Positions 31,961 through 42,308 are shown, numbered from the stretch's first letter. The stretch: DNA of 64,000 nt from Verrucomicrobiia bacterium (GCA_963664225.1 OY760937.1:3296001-3360000), one strand, 5' to 3'. The notes: a model not told the origin generated them from the sequence alone. Made by a program: numbers and translations.

Positions 31961-33935
31961 CGCATTGCGCATTGGATTTTACGTGTGCCATTGCGGCCAC
32001 AACATCGCGAGCATGGTGGATTGCCCCGCGGTGGCCCAAAATATGGGGAAACTTCCGGACGTGGCGGTGTCGCGCAATTATAAATACATGTGCTCGGACC
32101 CGGGGCAGGAATTGATCGGGCAGGACATCCAGGAATTTCATCTCAACCGCATCGTCATCGCCTCGTGTTCGCCGTTGTTGCACGAGCACACGTTTCGCGA
32201 AGCCGTGGCGCGGGGCGGACTCAATCCGTATTTTTTCCACATGGTCAACATCCGGGAGCACGATTCCTGGGTGCATGTGGACCGGCAGGAGGCGACGGAC
32301 AAGGCGATCGACCTGTGCCGGGCGGCCATCGAGCGGGTGAAGCGGCACCGGGCGCTCGAAGTCACCAACGTGCCCATCAATCCCGCGGTGCTGGTGGTGG
32401 GCGGCGGCATTGCCGGGATCCACGCGGCGCTGACGCTGGCCGAGGCGGGCAAGAAGGTTTACCTGGTGGAGCGCGAACCGTCCATCGGCGGACACATGGC
32501 CCAGTTCGACAAGACCTTTCCCACGCTCGATTGCGCGGCGTGCATTCTCACGCCGAAGATGTCGCGGGTGGGAGCGCATCCGAACATCACACTTTGGGCC
32601 TGGTCGGTTGTGACCAAAGTGGAAGGTTACGTGGGGAACTTCGAAGTCACGGTCAAACGCAAGCCGCGGTTTATTAATGAAGACTTGTGCACGGGTTGCC
32701 AGGAATGCGTGGCCAAGTGCGTTTACAAGGAGCCGAAATTCACGGATTCCTTCAATGAGGGCCTCGGGCGTCGTCGTCCGATTTACATTCCGTTCCCCCA
32801 GGCGACGCCGCAGGTGGTGATCATCGATCCCGAGACCTGTCTGCAATTAAAGACGGGGCGCTGCAAGCAGACCTGCCTGGAGGCGTGCGCGGACCGCAAG
32901 GCCATTGATTTCACGCAAAAGGAAACGTTCGAGCAAATCAAGGTGGGCGCCATCATCGTGGCGACCGGGTTCAAGGCCTTCGATGCGGAGCGCCTGCCGC
33001 AGTACGGGTACGGACGGCATCCCAATGTCTATACGGCGTTGGAAGTGGAGCGTCTGGTCAATGCCTCCGGGCCCACGGGCGGGGATGTCATTTTGAGGGA
33101 CGGTGGCAAACCCAAGGCCATCGGCATCATTCACTGCGTGGGTTCGCGTGACAAGCGGACCAACCGGTGGTGTTCGCGGGTGTGCTGCATGTATTCGCTC
33201 AAGCTGGCGCATCTGCTCAAGGAACACACCGAGGCGGAGATTTATAATTTCTACATCGACATGCGAACGCCCGGCAAGGGCGCCGAGGAGTTTTACGACA
33301 AACTCCTGACCGAGGGGGTGCATTTCGTGCGGGGTCGCGTGGGCGAAGTAACGGATTGGGCCAGTCAGCCAGGCGAGGAGGGGCGGTTGGTGATATGCGT
33401 TGAAGATACCCTGGCTGGCTGTGCCCGTCGCATTCCCGTGGACATGGTGGTGCTGTCCACCGGGCTGGAACCGCAAAGCGATGCCCAGGCGGTGCGGCGG
33501 ATGTTCAACATGAGCTGTGGCACGGAGGGATTCTTCCTGGAGCGCCATCCCAAGCTGGGGCCGGTGAGCACGTTCACCGAGGGCGTTTTTATCGCGGGAT
33601 GCTGCCAGGGGCCAAAGGACATTCCCGACACGGTGGCGCAGGCGGGCGCGGCGGCGGCGGAGGCGCTGGTGCTCATCGACAAAGGCCATGTGGAGCAGGA
33701 ACCGAACACGGCGCATGTCATCGACACGTCCTGCTGTGGCTGCAAGTCCTGCTTGCCGCTCTGCCCCTACACGGCGATCACGTTCCTCAACGACCGCAAG
33801 GTGGCGTCCATCAACGAGGCCCTCTGCAAAGGCTGCGGCACCTGCGTGGCGGCGTGTCCGTCGGGCTCCATTGTCCAAAACCTGTTTGAAGATGGGCAGA
33901 TCTTCAGCGAAATCGAAGGAGTATTGACCCGATGA
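31944..33935 (+). CDS. hdrA: Heterodisulfide reductase subunit A
   Basis: GFYVCHCGHNI, YMCSDPG, SCSP, NIREH, GGGIAG, DKTFPTLDCAAC, CVGSRD, CSRVCC and GCCQGPKDIP. Confidence 0.95.
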   Translation: MNSDPNALRIGFYVCHCGHNIASMVDCPAVAQNMGKLPDVAVSRNYKYMCSDPGQELIGQDIQEFHLNRIVIASCSPLLHEHTFREAVARGGLNPYFFHMVNIREHDSWVHVDRQEATDKAIDLCRAAIERVKRHRALEVTNVPINPAVLVVGGGIAGIHAALTLAEAGKKVYLVEREPSIGGHMAQFDKTFPTLDCAACILTPKMSRVGAHPNITLWAWSVVTKVEGYVGNFEVTVKRKPRFINEDLCTGCQECVAKCVYKEPKFTDSFNEGLGRRRPIYIPFPQATPQVVIIDPETCLQLKTGRCKQTCLEACADRKAIDFTQKETFEQIKVGAIIVATGFKAFDAERLPQYGYGRHPNVYTALEVERLVNASGPTGGDVILRDGGKPKAIGIIHCVGSRDKRTNRWCSRVCCMYSLKLAHLLKEHTEAEIYNFYIDMRTPGKGAEEFYDKLLTEGVHFVRGRVGEVTDWASQPGEEGRLVICVEDTLAGCARRIPVDMVVLSTGLEPQSDAQAVRRMFNMSCGTEGFFLERHPKLGPVSTFTEGVFIAGCCQGPKDIPDTVAQAGAAAAEALVLIDKGHVEQEPNTAHVIDTSCCGCKSCLPLCPYTAITFLNDRKVASINEALCKGCGTCVAACPSGSIVQNLFEDGQIFSEIEGVLTR

Positions 33936-34417
33936 ACACAGCCTGGACACCGCGGATTGTGGCCTTTTTCTGCAATTGGTGCACCTACACCGCCGCCGAC
34001 CTGGCGGGTGTTTCGCGCCTGAAATACCCGGCCAATGCGCGCGTGATTCGGGTCATGTGCTCGGGGCGGATCGATCCCCAATTTATTCTGGAAGCCCTGG
34101 CCAAAGGGGCGGATGGCGTCCTTGTGGGCGGGTGCCATCCCAACGACTGCCATTACGGCGAGGGCAACTACAAGATGCTGCGCCGCTTCCGGCTGTTGCG
34201 CCGGATGCTGGCGGACATGGGCATTCCCGCGGAACGCGTGCGGCTGGAATGGATCTCGGCGGCGGAGGGGGAGAAGGTCAAAACAGTGATGACCGAAATG
34301 GTGACGCAACTCGCGGCAATGGGTCCGCTGAACCTTCCGGGACGGTTCGAGGAGTGGGATAAGGAAATGGACGCGTTGGAGCACAAGGTTCGTGAGCAGG
34401 AGGTGGCGCATGTCTGA
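33932..34417 (+). CDS. mvhD: MvhD/FlpD [2Fe-2S] subunit
   Basis: FCNWC, RVMCSGR, GCHPNDCHY and WISAAEG. Confidence 0.93.
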   Translation: MNTAWTPRIVAFFCNWCTYTAADLAGVSRLKYPANARVIRVMCSGRIDPQFILEALAKGADGVLVGGCHPNDCHYGEGNYKMLRRFRLLRRMLADMGIPAERVRLEWISAAEGEKVKTVMTEMVTQLAAMGPLNLPGRFEEWDKEMDALEHKVREQEVAHV

Positions 34418-35378
34418 TAAGCCCAAAATCGGAATTTACTGGTGCGCTTCCTGCGGCGGCTGCGAGGAGGCCGTGGTGGACCTGGCGGAGGACATCCTGG
34501 GTTTGCTGGAAAAGGTGGAGATCCTTTTCTGGCCCGTGGCGCTGGATTTCAAAAAGTCGGATGTTGCCGCGATGCCTGATGGACATCTGGCGGTGACGCT
34601 GCTGAACGGGGCGATACGTACGTCCGAGCAGGAGGAAATGGCCCGGCTGTTGAGACGCAAGAGCCAGCTTCTCATTGCCTACGGCGCGTGCGCCCAAATG
34701 GGAGGCATTCCCGCACTGGCCAATCAGTTTTCACGCGAGGAAATACTGCGCTGGGTTTATGAAGAGGCGCCGACCGTTCAACGCGAGGGGGCCCGGCGTC
34801 CGATGCAGGAATTCAAGGAACAGGGGCGCACGGTGAACCTGCCCGAATTGCGCAACCAGGTGCGCGCGCTCGACCAGGTGGTGGAGGTGGATTACTACAT
34901 TCCGGGATGTCCGCCCACGCCGAGCATGACCCAGTCCGCGATTGGGGCGATTCTCGCGGGCAAGCTGCCGCCCAAAGGTTCGGTGCTCGCACCGGACATG
35001 GCCCTTTGCGGGGAGTGCCCGCGCAAGGCGAGCAAACCCACGGACGTGGCGTTCACGGAATTCAAGCGTCCGCATCAGGTGCTTCTCGATCCGGCGGTTT
35101 GCTTCCTGGCGCAGGGGGTCGTGTGCATGGGACCGGCCACGCGGGGAGGTTGCGCCGCCCAATGCACGCTCGGCAACATGCCCTGCACCGGTTGTTTCGG
35201 ACCCACCTCCCGCGTGCGGGATCAGGGGGCCAAAATGCTCTCCAGCCTTTGTTCGAACGTGGCGAGCAAGGAGGAGGCCGAGATCGACCGCATCCTGGAA
35301 GGTGTGCCCGATCCGGTGGGAACCTTTTATCGCTATGGATTGGCGAAAAGCCTGCTGCGAGGCAAGGCCAGCCTGTAA
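34410..35378 (+). CDS. mvhG: Group 3c [NiFe]-hydrogenase small subunit
   Basis: CASCGGC, GACA..GG, PGCPP, C.ECP and CMGPATRGGC...PCTGCFG. Confidence 0.9.
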   Translation: MSDKPKIGIYWCASCGGCEEAVVDLAEDILGLLEKVEILFWPVALDFKKSDVAAMPDGHLAVTLLNGAIRTSEQEEMARLLRRKSQLLIAYGACAQMGGIPALANQFSREEILRWVYEEAPTVQREGARRPMQEFKEQGRTVNLPELRNQVRALDQVVEVDYYIPGCPPTPSMTQSAIGAILAGKLPPKGSVLAPDMALCGECPRKASKPTDVAFTEFKRPHQVLLDPAVCFLAQGVVCMGPATRGGCAAQCTLGNMPCTGCFGPTSRVRDQGAKMLSSLCSNVASKEEAEIDRILEGVPDPVGTFYRYGLAKSLLRGKASL

Positions 35379-35390
35379 CACCCATTGGTT

Positions 35391-36926
35391 ATGGAAACCG
35401 CCATTCAAAATGCCTGGAACGAAGGGGCCGCACGGGCCGGGGACGCCTATCAACGCGAGCGTCGCCGCTACACCATTGATCCGATCACCCGGTTGGAAGG
35501 CCACGGGAAGATCGATATTTTTCTGGATGCCGCAGGCGGTGTGGAGCGGGCCTATCTCCAGGTGCCGGAACTGCGGGGATTCGAGGTGTTCAGCATCGGA
35601 CGCCCGGCGGAGGACATGCCGCAAATCACGAGCCGAATCTGCGGGGTATGCCCCACGGCCCATCACATGGCGGCGACCAAGGCGCTGGATGCATTGTATC
35701 ACGTTCAGCCGCCCCCGGCGGGCCGCATGATCCGGGAGTTGATCTACAATGCCTTCATTCTCGAAGACCACGCCCTGCATGTCTATGTGCTGGGCGGGCC
35801 GGATTTTATTGTGGGTCCACAGGCCCCGGCGGCCCAGCGGAACATCCAGGGAGTGATCGAGAAAGTGGGCGTTGAAGTAGGCAAAAAGGTGATCGCCATG
35901 CGGCGGCGTCTCCGCGAATTGATCTCCTATTTTGGCGGCAAGGTCGTGCATCCCGTGTTCGGTCTGCCCGGAGGCGTCTCCAAAGGCCTGGCCCCCGGGG
36001 ACCTGCCCGAGTTTCAGCAAATCGCGCGCGACGGATTGGAATTCGCGCTGTTCACCAACCAGGTTTTTCACGATCTGGTGCTCAAAAATTCGGAGTATCT
36101 CAAGCTCATCCTCTCGGATCCGTTCACGCATCCAACCTATTACATGGGAATGGTGGATAAGCGCAATCGCGTGAATTTCTACGATGGAATGCTGCGCGTG
36201 GTCGATCCCAAGGGGCGCGAGTATGCAAAATTTGCGGCCGCCCAATACCGCGATTTCATTGCTGAGCACACCGAACCGTGGAGCTACATGAAGTTCTGCC
36301 ATCTCAAGCCCCTGGGCTGGCATGGATTCGAACCGGGTCCAGACAACGGCATTTACGCGGTGGCCCCGCTGGCGCGGCTCAATGCCTCGGACGACATGGC
36401 CACGCCCAAGGCCAGCGCCGCGGCCGGGGAATACTTTTCCGCGCTGGGCGGACGCCCGGTGCATCACACCCTGGCCAACCATTGGGCGCGCGTGATCGAG
36501 ATGATTCAGGCCGCCGAGCGGATGATCGAATTGCTGGCGGATCCGCAAATCACCTTCACGGAAATTCGGACCCTTCCCACCGCAACACCCACTTCCGGGG
36601 TTGGCGTGGTGGAAGCCCCGCGTGGTACGCTTTTTCACGATTACGAAACCGACGAGCGGGGCCTCATACGCCACGCCAATCTGATCGTGGCCACGCAAAA
36701 TAATGCCGCGCGCATTGCCTTGAGCGTGGAGAAGGCGGCCAAGGGCCTGATCCATGGTGGCGTGGTGAGCGAGGGATTGTTGAACATGGTGGAAATGGCC
36801 TTCCGCGCCTACGATCCCTGCCTGGGCTGCGCCACGCATGCGGTGACGGGCGAGCCGCTCTATTCCATTCGTATCTACGGACCCGACCGCAAGCTCCGGC
36901 AAAGCATTCCCCCGGCCAAATCATAA
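35391..36926 (+). CDS. mvhA: Group 3c [NiFe]-hydrogenase large subunit
   Basis: TRLEGH, RGFE, L1 motif RICGVC, EAPRGTLFH, L2 motif YDPCLGCATH plus a C-terminal extension. Confidence 0.93.
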   Translation: METAIQNAWNEGAARAGDAYQRERRRYTIDPITRLEGHGKIDIFLDAAGGVERAYLQVPELRGFEVFSIGRPAEDMPQITSRICGVCPTAHHMAATKALDALYHVQPPPAGRMIRELIYNAFILEDHALHVYVLGGPDFIVGPQAPAAQRNIQGVIEKVGVEVGKKVIAMRRRLRELISYFGGKVVHPVFGLPGGVSKGLAPGDLPEFQQIARDGLEFALFTNQVFHDLVLKNSEYLKLILSDPFTHPTYYMGMVDKRNRVNFYDGMLRVVDPKGREYAKFAAAQYRDFIAEHTEPWSYMKFCHLKPLGWHGFEPGPDNGIYAVAPLARLNASDDMATPKASAAAGEYFSALGGRPVHHTLANHWARVIEMIQAAERMIELLADPQITFTEIRTLPTATPTSGVGVVEAPRGTLFHDYETDERGLIRHANLIVATQNNAARIALSVEKAAKGLIHGGVVSEGLLNMVEMAFRAYDPCLGCATHAVTGEPLYSIRIYGPDRKLRQSIPPAKS

Positions 36927-37010
36927 TAATCGTAAGAATCGTAAATTGATTGAGAAAACGACGAAGTTTGCATTGCAAACCGGGCTGTCACAGGTTACAT
37001 AACCGCCACC

Positions 37011-37163
37011 ATGTGGCAGCTTGTGAAAGAATTTGCGTTGTTTCTCAAACAGGAGAGACGTTGGTGGCTGGTTCCGCTGGTCGTCATTCTGCTGATATTG
37101 GGCGCATTGATCATTTTTAGCAGCGGCTCGGTTCTCGCGCCGTTAATGTATCCCTTCATGTAA
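37011..37163 (+). CDS. 50-aa membrane protein, SxtK/DUF5989-like (absent from the ORF track)
   Basis: MWQLVKEFALFLKQERRWWLVPLVVILLILGALIIFSSGSVLAPLMYPFM; TAATG overlap with the next gene. Confidence 0.85.
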   Translation: MWQLVKEFALFLKQERRWWLVPLVVILLILGALIIFSSGSVLAPLMYPFM

Positions 37164-39010
37164 TGGCCAACCCGCTGCGGCAAATACTGGGCCTCTCGGC
37201 CTACTACCACGACTCAGCCGCAGCCCTGCTACGCGACGGCGGGGTGATTGCCGCCGCGCAGGAAGAGCGGTTTTCACGCCGCAAGAACGACGAACGATTC
37301 CCCAGCCACGCGGTCGAATTTTGTCTGCGCCAGGCGGGCATTCAGGCGGCGGAACTGGACGCGGTGGTTTTCTACGACAAGCCGATCACCAAATTCGCGC
37401 GCATGCTCGAAACGTATCTGGCCGTCGCGCCGCATGGCATCAGGACCTTCCCGCGCGTCATGCCCCCATGGCTGGCGGAGAAATTGAATTTGCGGAAAAC
37501 GATTCGCGACGAAATGCCCGGATTGCGGCGCGAATGCCCGATTCTCTTCACCGAACATCACCAATCCCACGCCGCGAGCGCCTTTTATCCATCGCCGTTC
37601 GAGGAGTCGGCCATTGTGACCGTGGACGGCGCGGGGGAATGGGCCACCACGACGATCGGGCGGGGCCACGGGCATCAGATCGAGATGCTCGAGGAACTGC
37701 GTTTTCCGCATTCGCTGGGGCTGCTTTATTCGGCGTTCACGGCCTATTGCGGTTTTCGCATCAACTCCGGCGAATATAAACTGATGGGACTGGCGCCCTA
37801 TGGCGATCCGCGATTCGAAAAGGCCATTTACGAGCATCTGATCGATCTGAAGCCCGACGGATCGTTCCGGCTCAACATCGAGTATTTCAATTTTCTGCGC
37901 GGGTTTACCATGACCAACGGCCGGTTTCACCGGTTGTTCGAGGGGCCGCCGCGCAAACCGGAGGATAAGATCGAGACCCGGCATCTGGATGTGGCGAAAT
38001 CCATCCAGAAGGTTACCGAGGAAATCATGCTGCGGCTGGCGAGGCACGCCCGCGCGTTGACCGGGCTGCCGAACCTCTGCATGGCGGGCGGTGTGGCTTT
38101 GAACTGCGTGGCCAACGGACGTCTGCTGCGGGAACGCATTTTCGACAGGCTGTGGATTCAACCCGCCGCTGGCGATGCCGGTGGGGCGTTGGGCGCGGCA
38201 TTGGCGGTGTGGCATGGGCAGTGGAATTCGGAAGCGCCGCCGCTGGATTTCAGTCCGCCCAAGGACGGTCGCAACGACACGATGCAGCACGCCTTCCTGG
38301 GCCCGGAATTCTCGGAGGCGGAAATCGAGGCGGTTCTGAAGAGTCACGGCGCCATTTATCAGCGCTTCGAAACCGACGCCCTCATGGACCGCACCGTGGA
38401 ATTGCTGCGCGCCGAAAAAGTCGTGGGCTGGGTGCAGGGACGCATGGAATTTGGCCCGCGCGCGCTGGGGAACCGCTCGATCCTGGGCGATCCGCGGTCC
38501 GCGAAAATGCAGTCAATGATGAATTTGAAGGTCAAGTTTCGCGAATCGTTCCGGCCCTTCGCCCCGGTGGTGCTGCGCGAAAAGGTGTCCGAATATTTTG
38601 ACCTCGACGTGGATTCCCCCTACATGCTGCTGGTCGGTTCCGTGCAACCCCAACTGCGCCGCCGTCCGGCGCAATCCGCCCAGGGGCTGGATTTGCTCAA
38701 GGAGGTTCGCTCGACCATTCCCGCGGTGACGCATGTGGATTACTCCGCGCGCGTGCAAACAGTGACCGCCGCGCAGAATCCCGTGCTGTATGCGCTGCTG
38801 AGAAAATTCGAGACGTCCACGGGTTGCGCGGTTTTGGTGAACACCTCGTTTAATGTGCGCGGCGAGCCGGTGGTTTGCTCGCCCGATGACGCCTACCGCT
38901 GCTTCGTAAACACGGAGATGGATTACCTGGCGCTGGGACCCTTCCTGCTCGAACGCACGGCGCAACCCAATCGCAAGCTCGCCACGACTTTCGACGCGCA
39001 ACCAGATTAA
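37163..39010 (+). CDS. Carbamoyltransferase (NodU/CmcH/SxtI family)
   Basis: YYHDSAAAL, QEERF, HHQSHAAS, SGEYKLMGLAPYG, AGGVALNC, EFGPRALGNRS, FRPFAP and NTSFN. Confidence 0.93.
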   Translation: MANPLRQILGLSAYYHDSAAALLRDGGVIAAAQEERFSRRKNDERFPSHAVEFCLRQAGIQAAELDAVVFYDKPITKFARMLETYLAVAPHGIRTFPRVMPPWLAEKLNLRKTIRDEMPGLRRECPILFTEHHQSHAASAFYPSPFEESAIVTVDGAGEWATTTIGRGHGHQIEMLEELRFPHSLGLLYSAFTAYCGFRINSGEYKLMGLAPYGDPRFEKAIYEHLIDLKPDGSFRLNIEYFNFLRGFTMTNGRFHRLFEGPPRKPEDKIETRHLDVAKSIQKVTEEIMLRLARHARALTGLPNLCMAGGVALNCVANGRLLRERIFDRLWIQPAAGDAGGALGAALAVWHGQWNSEAPPLDFSPPKDGRNDTMQHAFLGPEFSEAEIEAVLKSHGAIYQRFETDALMDRTVELLRAEKVVGWVQGRMEFGPRALGNRSILGDPRSAKMQSMMNLKVKFRESFRPFAPVVLREKVSEYFDLDVDSPYMLLVGSVQPQLRRRPAQSAQGLDLLKEVRSTIPAVTHVDYSARVQTVTAAQNPVLYALLRKFETSTGCAVLVNTSFNVRGEPVVCSPDDAYRCFVNTEMDYLALGPFLLERTAQPNRKLATTFDAQPD

Positions 39011-39022
39011 GCGAATCAAGCC

Positions 39023-39424
39023 ATGCAACCCAAGCTCAAGGAAAACCCACGCGAATGGCAGAAATTCACGGCGGTGATGGTTCTCATGGTGGAAGTGATC
39101 TGCCTGGCGCTGCATCGGCGCGGGATGATGCACACCACGGCAATGGGTGTGGCGGCAGTGGCGCTCCTGCTCGTGGTGCTGGCGAGCCTGATCCGGCCTC
39201 AATCGTTTCGCGGCTTTTATCGTTCCGGAATGACCGTGAGTTTCCATGTGGGCCAGGTGATGGGTGGAATTTTGCTGAGCGTGTTTTTTCTGTTGTTGGT
39301 GACTCCCATGGGACTGGTCATGCGGCTGTTTGGCAAGGATTTGCTGGAACTCAAGCGCGACAAGACCGCGAAAACTTACTGGCGGCCGGCGCGCAGCAAT
39401 CCGAATTTCGACCGGATGTTCTGA
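39023..39424 (+). CDS. SxtJ-like membrane protein
   Basis: Several TM segments; FFLLLVTPMGLVMRLFGKDLL...TYW motif; follows the carbamoyltransferase. Confidence 0.8.
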   Translation: MQPKLKENPREWQKFTAVMVLMVEVICLALHRRGMMHTTAMGVAAVALLLVVLASLIRPQSFRGFYRSGMTVSFHVGQVMGGILLSVFFLLLVTPMGLVMRLFGKDLLELKRDKTAKTYWRPARSNPNFDRMF

Positions 39425-39504
39425 ACGCCCCGTGACTTTATCCTGCGTTCCAAGTTTTTGGGGATTTGATTGACCGGAGCGGGATTCTGGTTTACTCGGA
39501 GACC

Positions 39505-42228
39505 ATGAAATCACTTCTGAGTCCGTCCGCACGAATGGCGCAATCGCGGCGGGACTTTTATCCAACCGTTCTGGCTTTGTTTTTTCTCTGCGTGTGCGGT
39601 GTGTCCTTTGCCGCCACGGCTCCGGCCATTCTCGAAACGGATCATTTGCGGCTGATCGTGACAACCGAGACGGGCGTTTACCAGGTGCTGGACAAACAAT
39701 CCCAGGTGACCTGGAATTCGAATCCGTTCACGCAACGTATGGGAACCGTGGTCTTCAAGATCGACGGCGCGGATCGCGAGTTTTCCCTGAGCCGATGCGA
39801 GGTGGCGCCTGCTTCTGGGAACAAGCACAGCCTGCGACTGACGTTCCATCCCATCGACGTGCAGCCTGCCGCCACTGTGACTGTGACCGTTGAGGCGCTG
39901 TCGGATCGCAGGACATTGGAGTTTCGCTGTGAGACGGCGAACGCCCCGGATTTGGTGCGCGTCAGTCTGCTGGAGAATGGCTTCTATGTGACCGATGCCG
40001 ACCAGGGTTATGTCGTGGTTCCCGTGCGCGAGGGATTGATGATTCCGGCGAACAGCGGGAAGGCCTTCACCCACTCCTTCGACACTTACGCCTACGAGGG
40101 TTGCCACATGACCATGATCGGGCTGGTCAAGGGCGGTTCGGCGGCGATGGTGACCTGGAGCGATGTCTATGGCCGCGTGGATATCCACAGCGCCATGACG
40201 CCGGTGGCGGCCCCGGCGGTACAGGTGGTTTCCCCAACGCTCACGCTCCATTCCAAAAATCCCTCGTTCAAAATCCAGTTCTGCGGGCGCGGGGATTACG
40301 TGACACTGGCCAAGGCGTATCGCGAGGAAGCCCGCAAGTCAGGCTGGCTGGTGACCTGGGACGAGAAGCTCAAGAAACATCCTGCCGACGCGAAGCTCTT
40401 CGGCGCGGCCAATTTCAAATTATGGAGCGCGCTTACTCGCGAGATGAACTCCGAGAGCACTCAGGAGAAATCGCTGAGCGTGAGTTGGACCTTCGACGAG
40501 GCGGCCCAGGTGGCGGAGCATATTCATAACGACCTCGGCCTCACCAATGTGTTGTTCACCATTGGCGGATGGATTCACCGGGGCTACGACAACCAGCATC
40601 CCGACATTCTGCCGGCAGCGCCCGAATTGGGTGGCAATGACGCGCTCGCGGATTGTTCCCGCCGTATTCTCAAACTGGGCTATCTCTTTTCACTCCACGA
40701 CAACTACCAGGATATTTACAAGGATTCGCCTTCGTGGAACGAGAAGTATATTACCAAGAACCGCGACGGCAGCCTGAGCGCGGGCGGCAGTTGGGCGGGG
40801 GGCAGGGCCTATCTGACCTGCTCGAAGATGGCATTGGAACTGGCCAGACGTCCGCAGAATCTCACCGCTGTGAAGCAGTTGACCGGCGCCAATTCCTACT
40901 TCATCGATACTACTTACGCGGCCGGACTTCAGGAGTGTTTTGATCCGGCGCATCCGCTGACCCGCGCGGATGACATGCACTGGAAGCAGGCCTTGTCCGA
41001 CTATGCCCGCGATGTGTTTGGCCAGTTCGGCAGCGAATGCGGTCGGGAATGGGCCATTCCGCACGCCGATTTTTTCGAGGGGCTCACCGGAGTCAGCGGC
41101 ACCTACTATCACAATGCGGGCCTTCCGGAGAGTTTGGGCGCGTCGGTCATTCCGTTCTTTGAGTTGGTGTATCGCGATACCATCGCCGCCTATGGCAAAT
41201 ACGGTTACGACATGAACCAGGCCGCGGAGTATGTGCTCCAACACATCCTGATCGGGCGTCCCTTGAATTATCACGAAGTTCCGGCCCATCTTTATTGGAA
41301 GAATTACACCAGCAAGGCGGACGCCCGACTCGCTCCGCCCACCCCCAACGTGGAAATCACCGGACCGCGCGAGTTCCGCGTGACTTACCATTGGGTGGTC
41401 AGGGAACCCCTCGCACAGGATTACCGTGCCTTCAACCATTTCACGGATGCCGATGGCAAAATTCAGTTCCAAAACGATTACACACCCGCACCCGCGACAT
41501 CGAAATGGGCTCCCGGCACGCTGGACCAGGGACCGTTTACCGTGCATGTGCCTGAGGGGCTGACCGGCACATTTACCATGGGAACCGGCCTCTTCGATCC
41601 ATCCACCGATACCCGGCTGGCGTTGGCGGGCACGGATGGTGGCGGCCTTCGATATTCGCTCGGCAGCATCAAAGTGACCGCCACCGGGATCGAGTTCATA
41701 CCCGTCGGAAACAAGGTGGCGGAACCGATGGTCGATCCGGGCCTGTTCGTGCGCGGGGATCAGGGCTGGACGCAGGGGCTGCATCCGCAGGATCGTTTTC
41801 TCAAAAACACCTATGAAGTGCTCTCGCCACTCAATGAGTTGACCGCGCGCATGCAAATGACGAGCCATGTGTTTGTGACTCCGGATCGCAAGGTGCAGAA
41901 GGCGGTTTATGGGAAGGGCCGCTCGGCGGTGGAGGTGGTGGTGAACATGGGGCGCGAGCCGTATGCACTCCAGACACGTCGTCACGGGCTGGTGCAACTG
42001 CTGCCCTTTGGGTTCGCGGTCGAATCCGCCACATTTGCCGCATTTCATGCCCTGTCTTGGAACGGCATGGACTACGCGCGCCCTGTTATGTTTTCAATCC
42101 GGTCCGCCGATGGAAAGTCGCTGGAGTCTTCGCGAAAAATCCGTGTGTTTCACGCCTTCGGCGATCCACGGATCAAACTGGCCGGAGCAGTTCACACCGT
42201 GGAGCGTGAACAGTTCGTGCCGCGGTGA
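39505..42228 (+). CDS. Secreted GH129/GH101-like glycoside hydrolase, distantly related to 2684-5131
   Basis: VPVREG, GDYVTLAKAYR, GYDNQHPD, HDNYQD, FIDTT, GSECG and PFFELVYRD. Confidence 0.65.
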   Translation: MKSLLSPSARMAQSRRDFYPTVLALFFLCVCGVSFAATAPAILETDHLRLIVTTETGVYQVLDKQSQVTWNSNPFTQRMGTVVFKIDGADREFSLSRCEVAPASGNKHSLRLTFHPIDVQPAATVTVTVEALSDRRTLEFRCETANAPDLVRVSLLENGFYVTDADQGYVVVPVREGLMIPANSGKAFTHSFDTYAYEGCHMTMIGLVKGGSAAMVTWSDVYGRVDIHSAMTPVAAPAVQVVSPTLTLHSKNPSFKIQFCGRGDYVTLAKAYREEARKSGWLVTWDEKLKKHPADAKLFGAANFKLWSALTREMNSESTQEKSLSVSWTFDEAAQVAEHIHNDLGLTNVLFTIGGWIHRGYDNQHPDILPAAPELGGNDALADCSRRILKLGYLFSLHDNYQDIYKDSPSWNEKYITKNRDGSLSAGGSWAGGRAYLTCSKMALELARRPQNLTAVKQLTGANSYFIDTTYAAGLQECFDPAHPLTRADDMHWKQALSDYARDVFGQFGSECGREWAIPHADFFEGLTGVSGTYYHNAGLPESLGASVIPFFELVYRDTIAAYGKYGYDMNQAAEYVLQHILIGRPLNYHEVPAHLYWKNYTSKADARLAPPTPNVEITGPREFRVTYHWVVREPLAQDYRAFNHFTDADGKIQFQNDYTPAPATSKWAPGTLDQGPFTVHVPEGLTGTFTMGTGLFDPSTDTRLALAGTDGGGLRYSLGSIKVTATGIEFIPVGNKVAEPMVDPGLFVRGDQGWTQGLHPQDRFLKNTYEVLSPLNELTARMQMTSHVFVTPDRKVQKAVYGKGRSAVEVVVNMGREPYALQTRRHGLVQLLPFGFAVESATFAAFHALSWNGMDYARPVMFSIRSADGKSLESSRKIRVFHAFGDPRIKLAGAVHTVEREQFVPR

Positions 42229-42308
42229 GAAGACGATGAGGGACAGGAAGTTTTGACAGGATGAACAGGATGGGAAAAAGGATTTGAATTTAATTGAGTT
42301 GGGGTGGC

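Noticed and set aside
30309..36926. Selenocysteine recoding in hdr/mvh genes
   Set aside because: All relevant positions are Cys and there is no in-frame TGA
37163..39010. Carbamoyltransferase acting as a HypF substitute for the adjacent hydrogenase
   Set aside because: It has NodU/CmcH architecture with SxtJ/K-like partners and lacks the HypF acylphosphatase and zinc-finger domains; adjacency alone is insufficient
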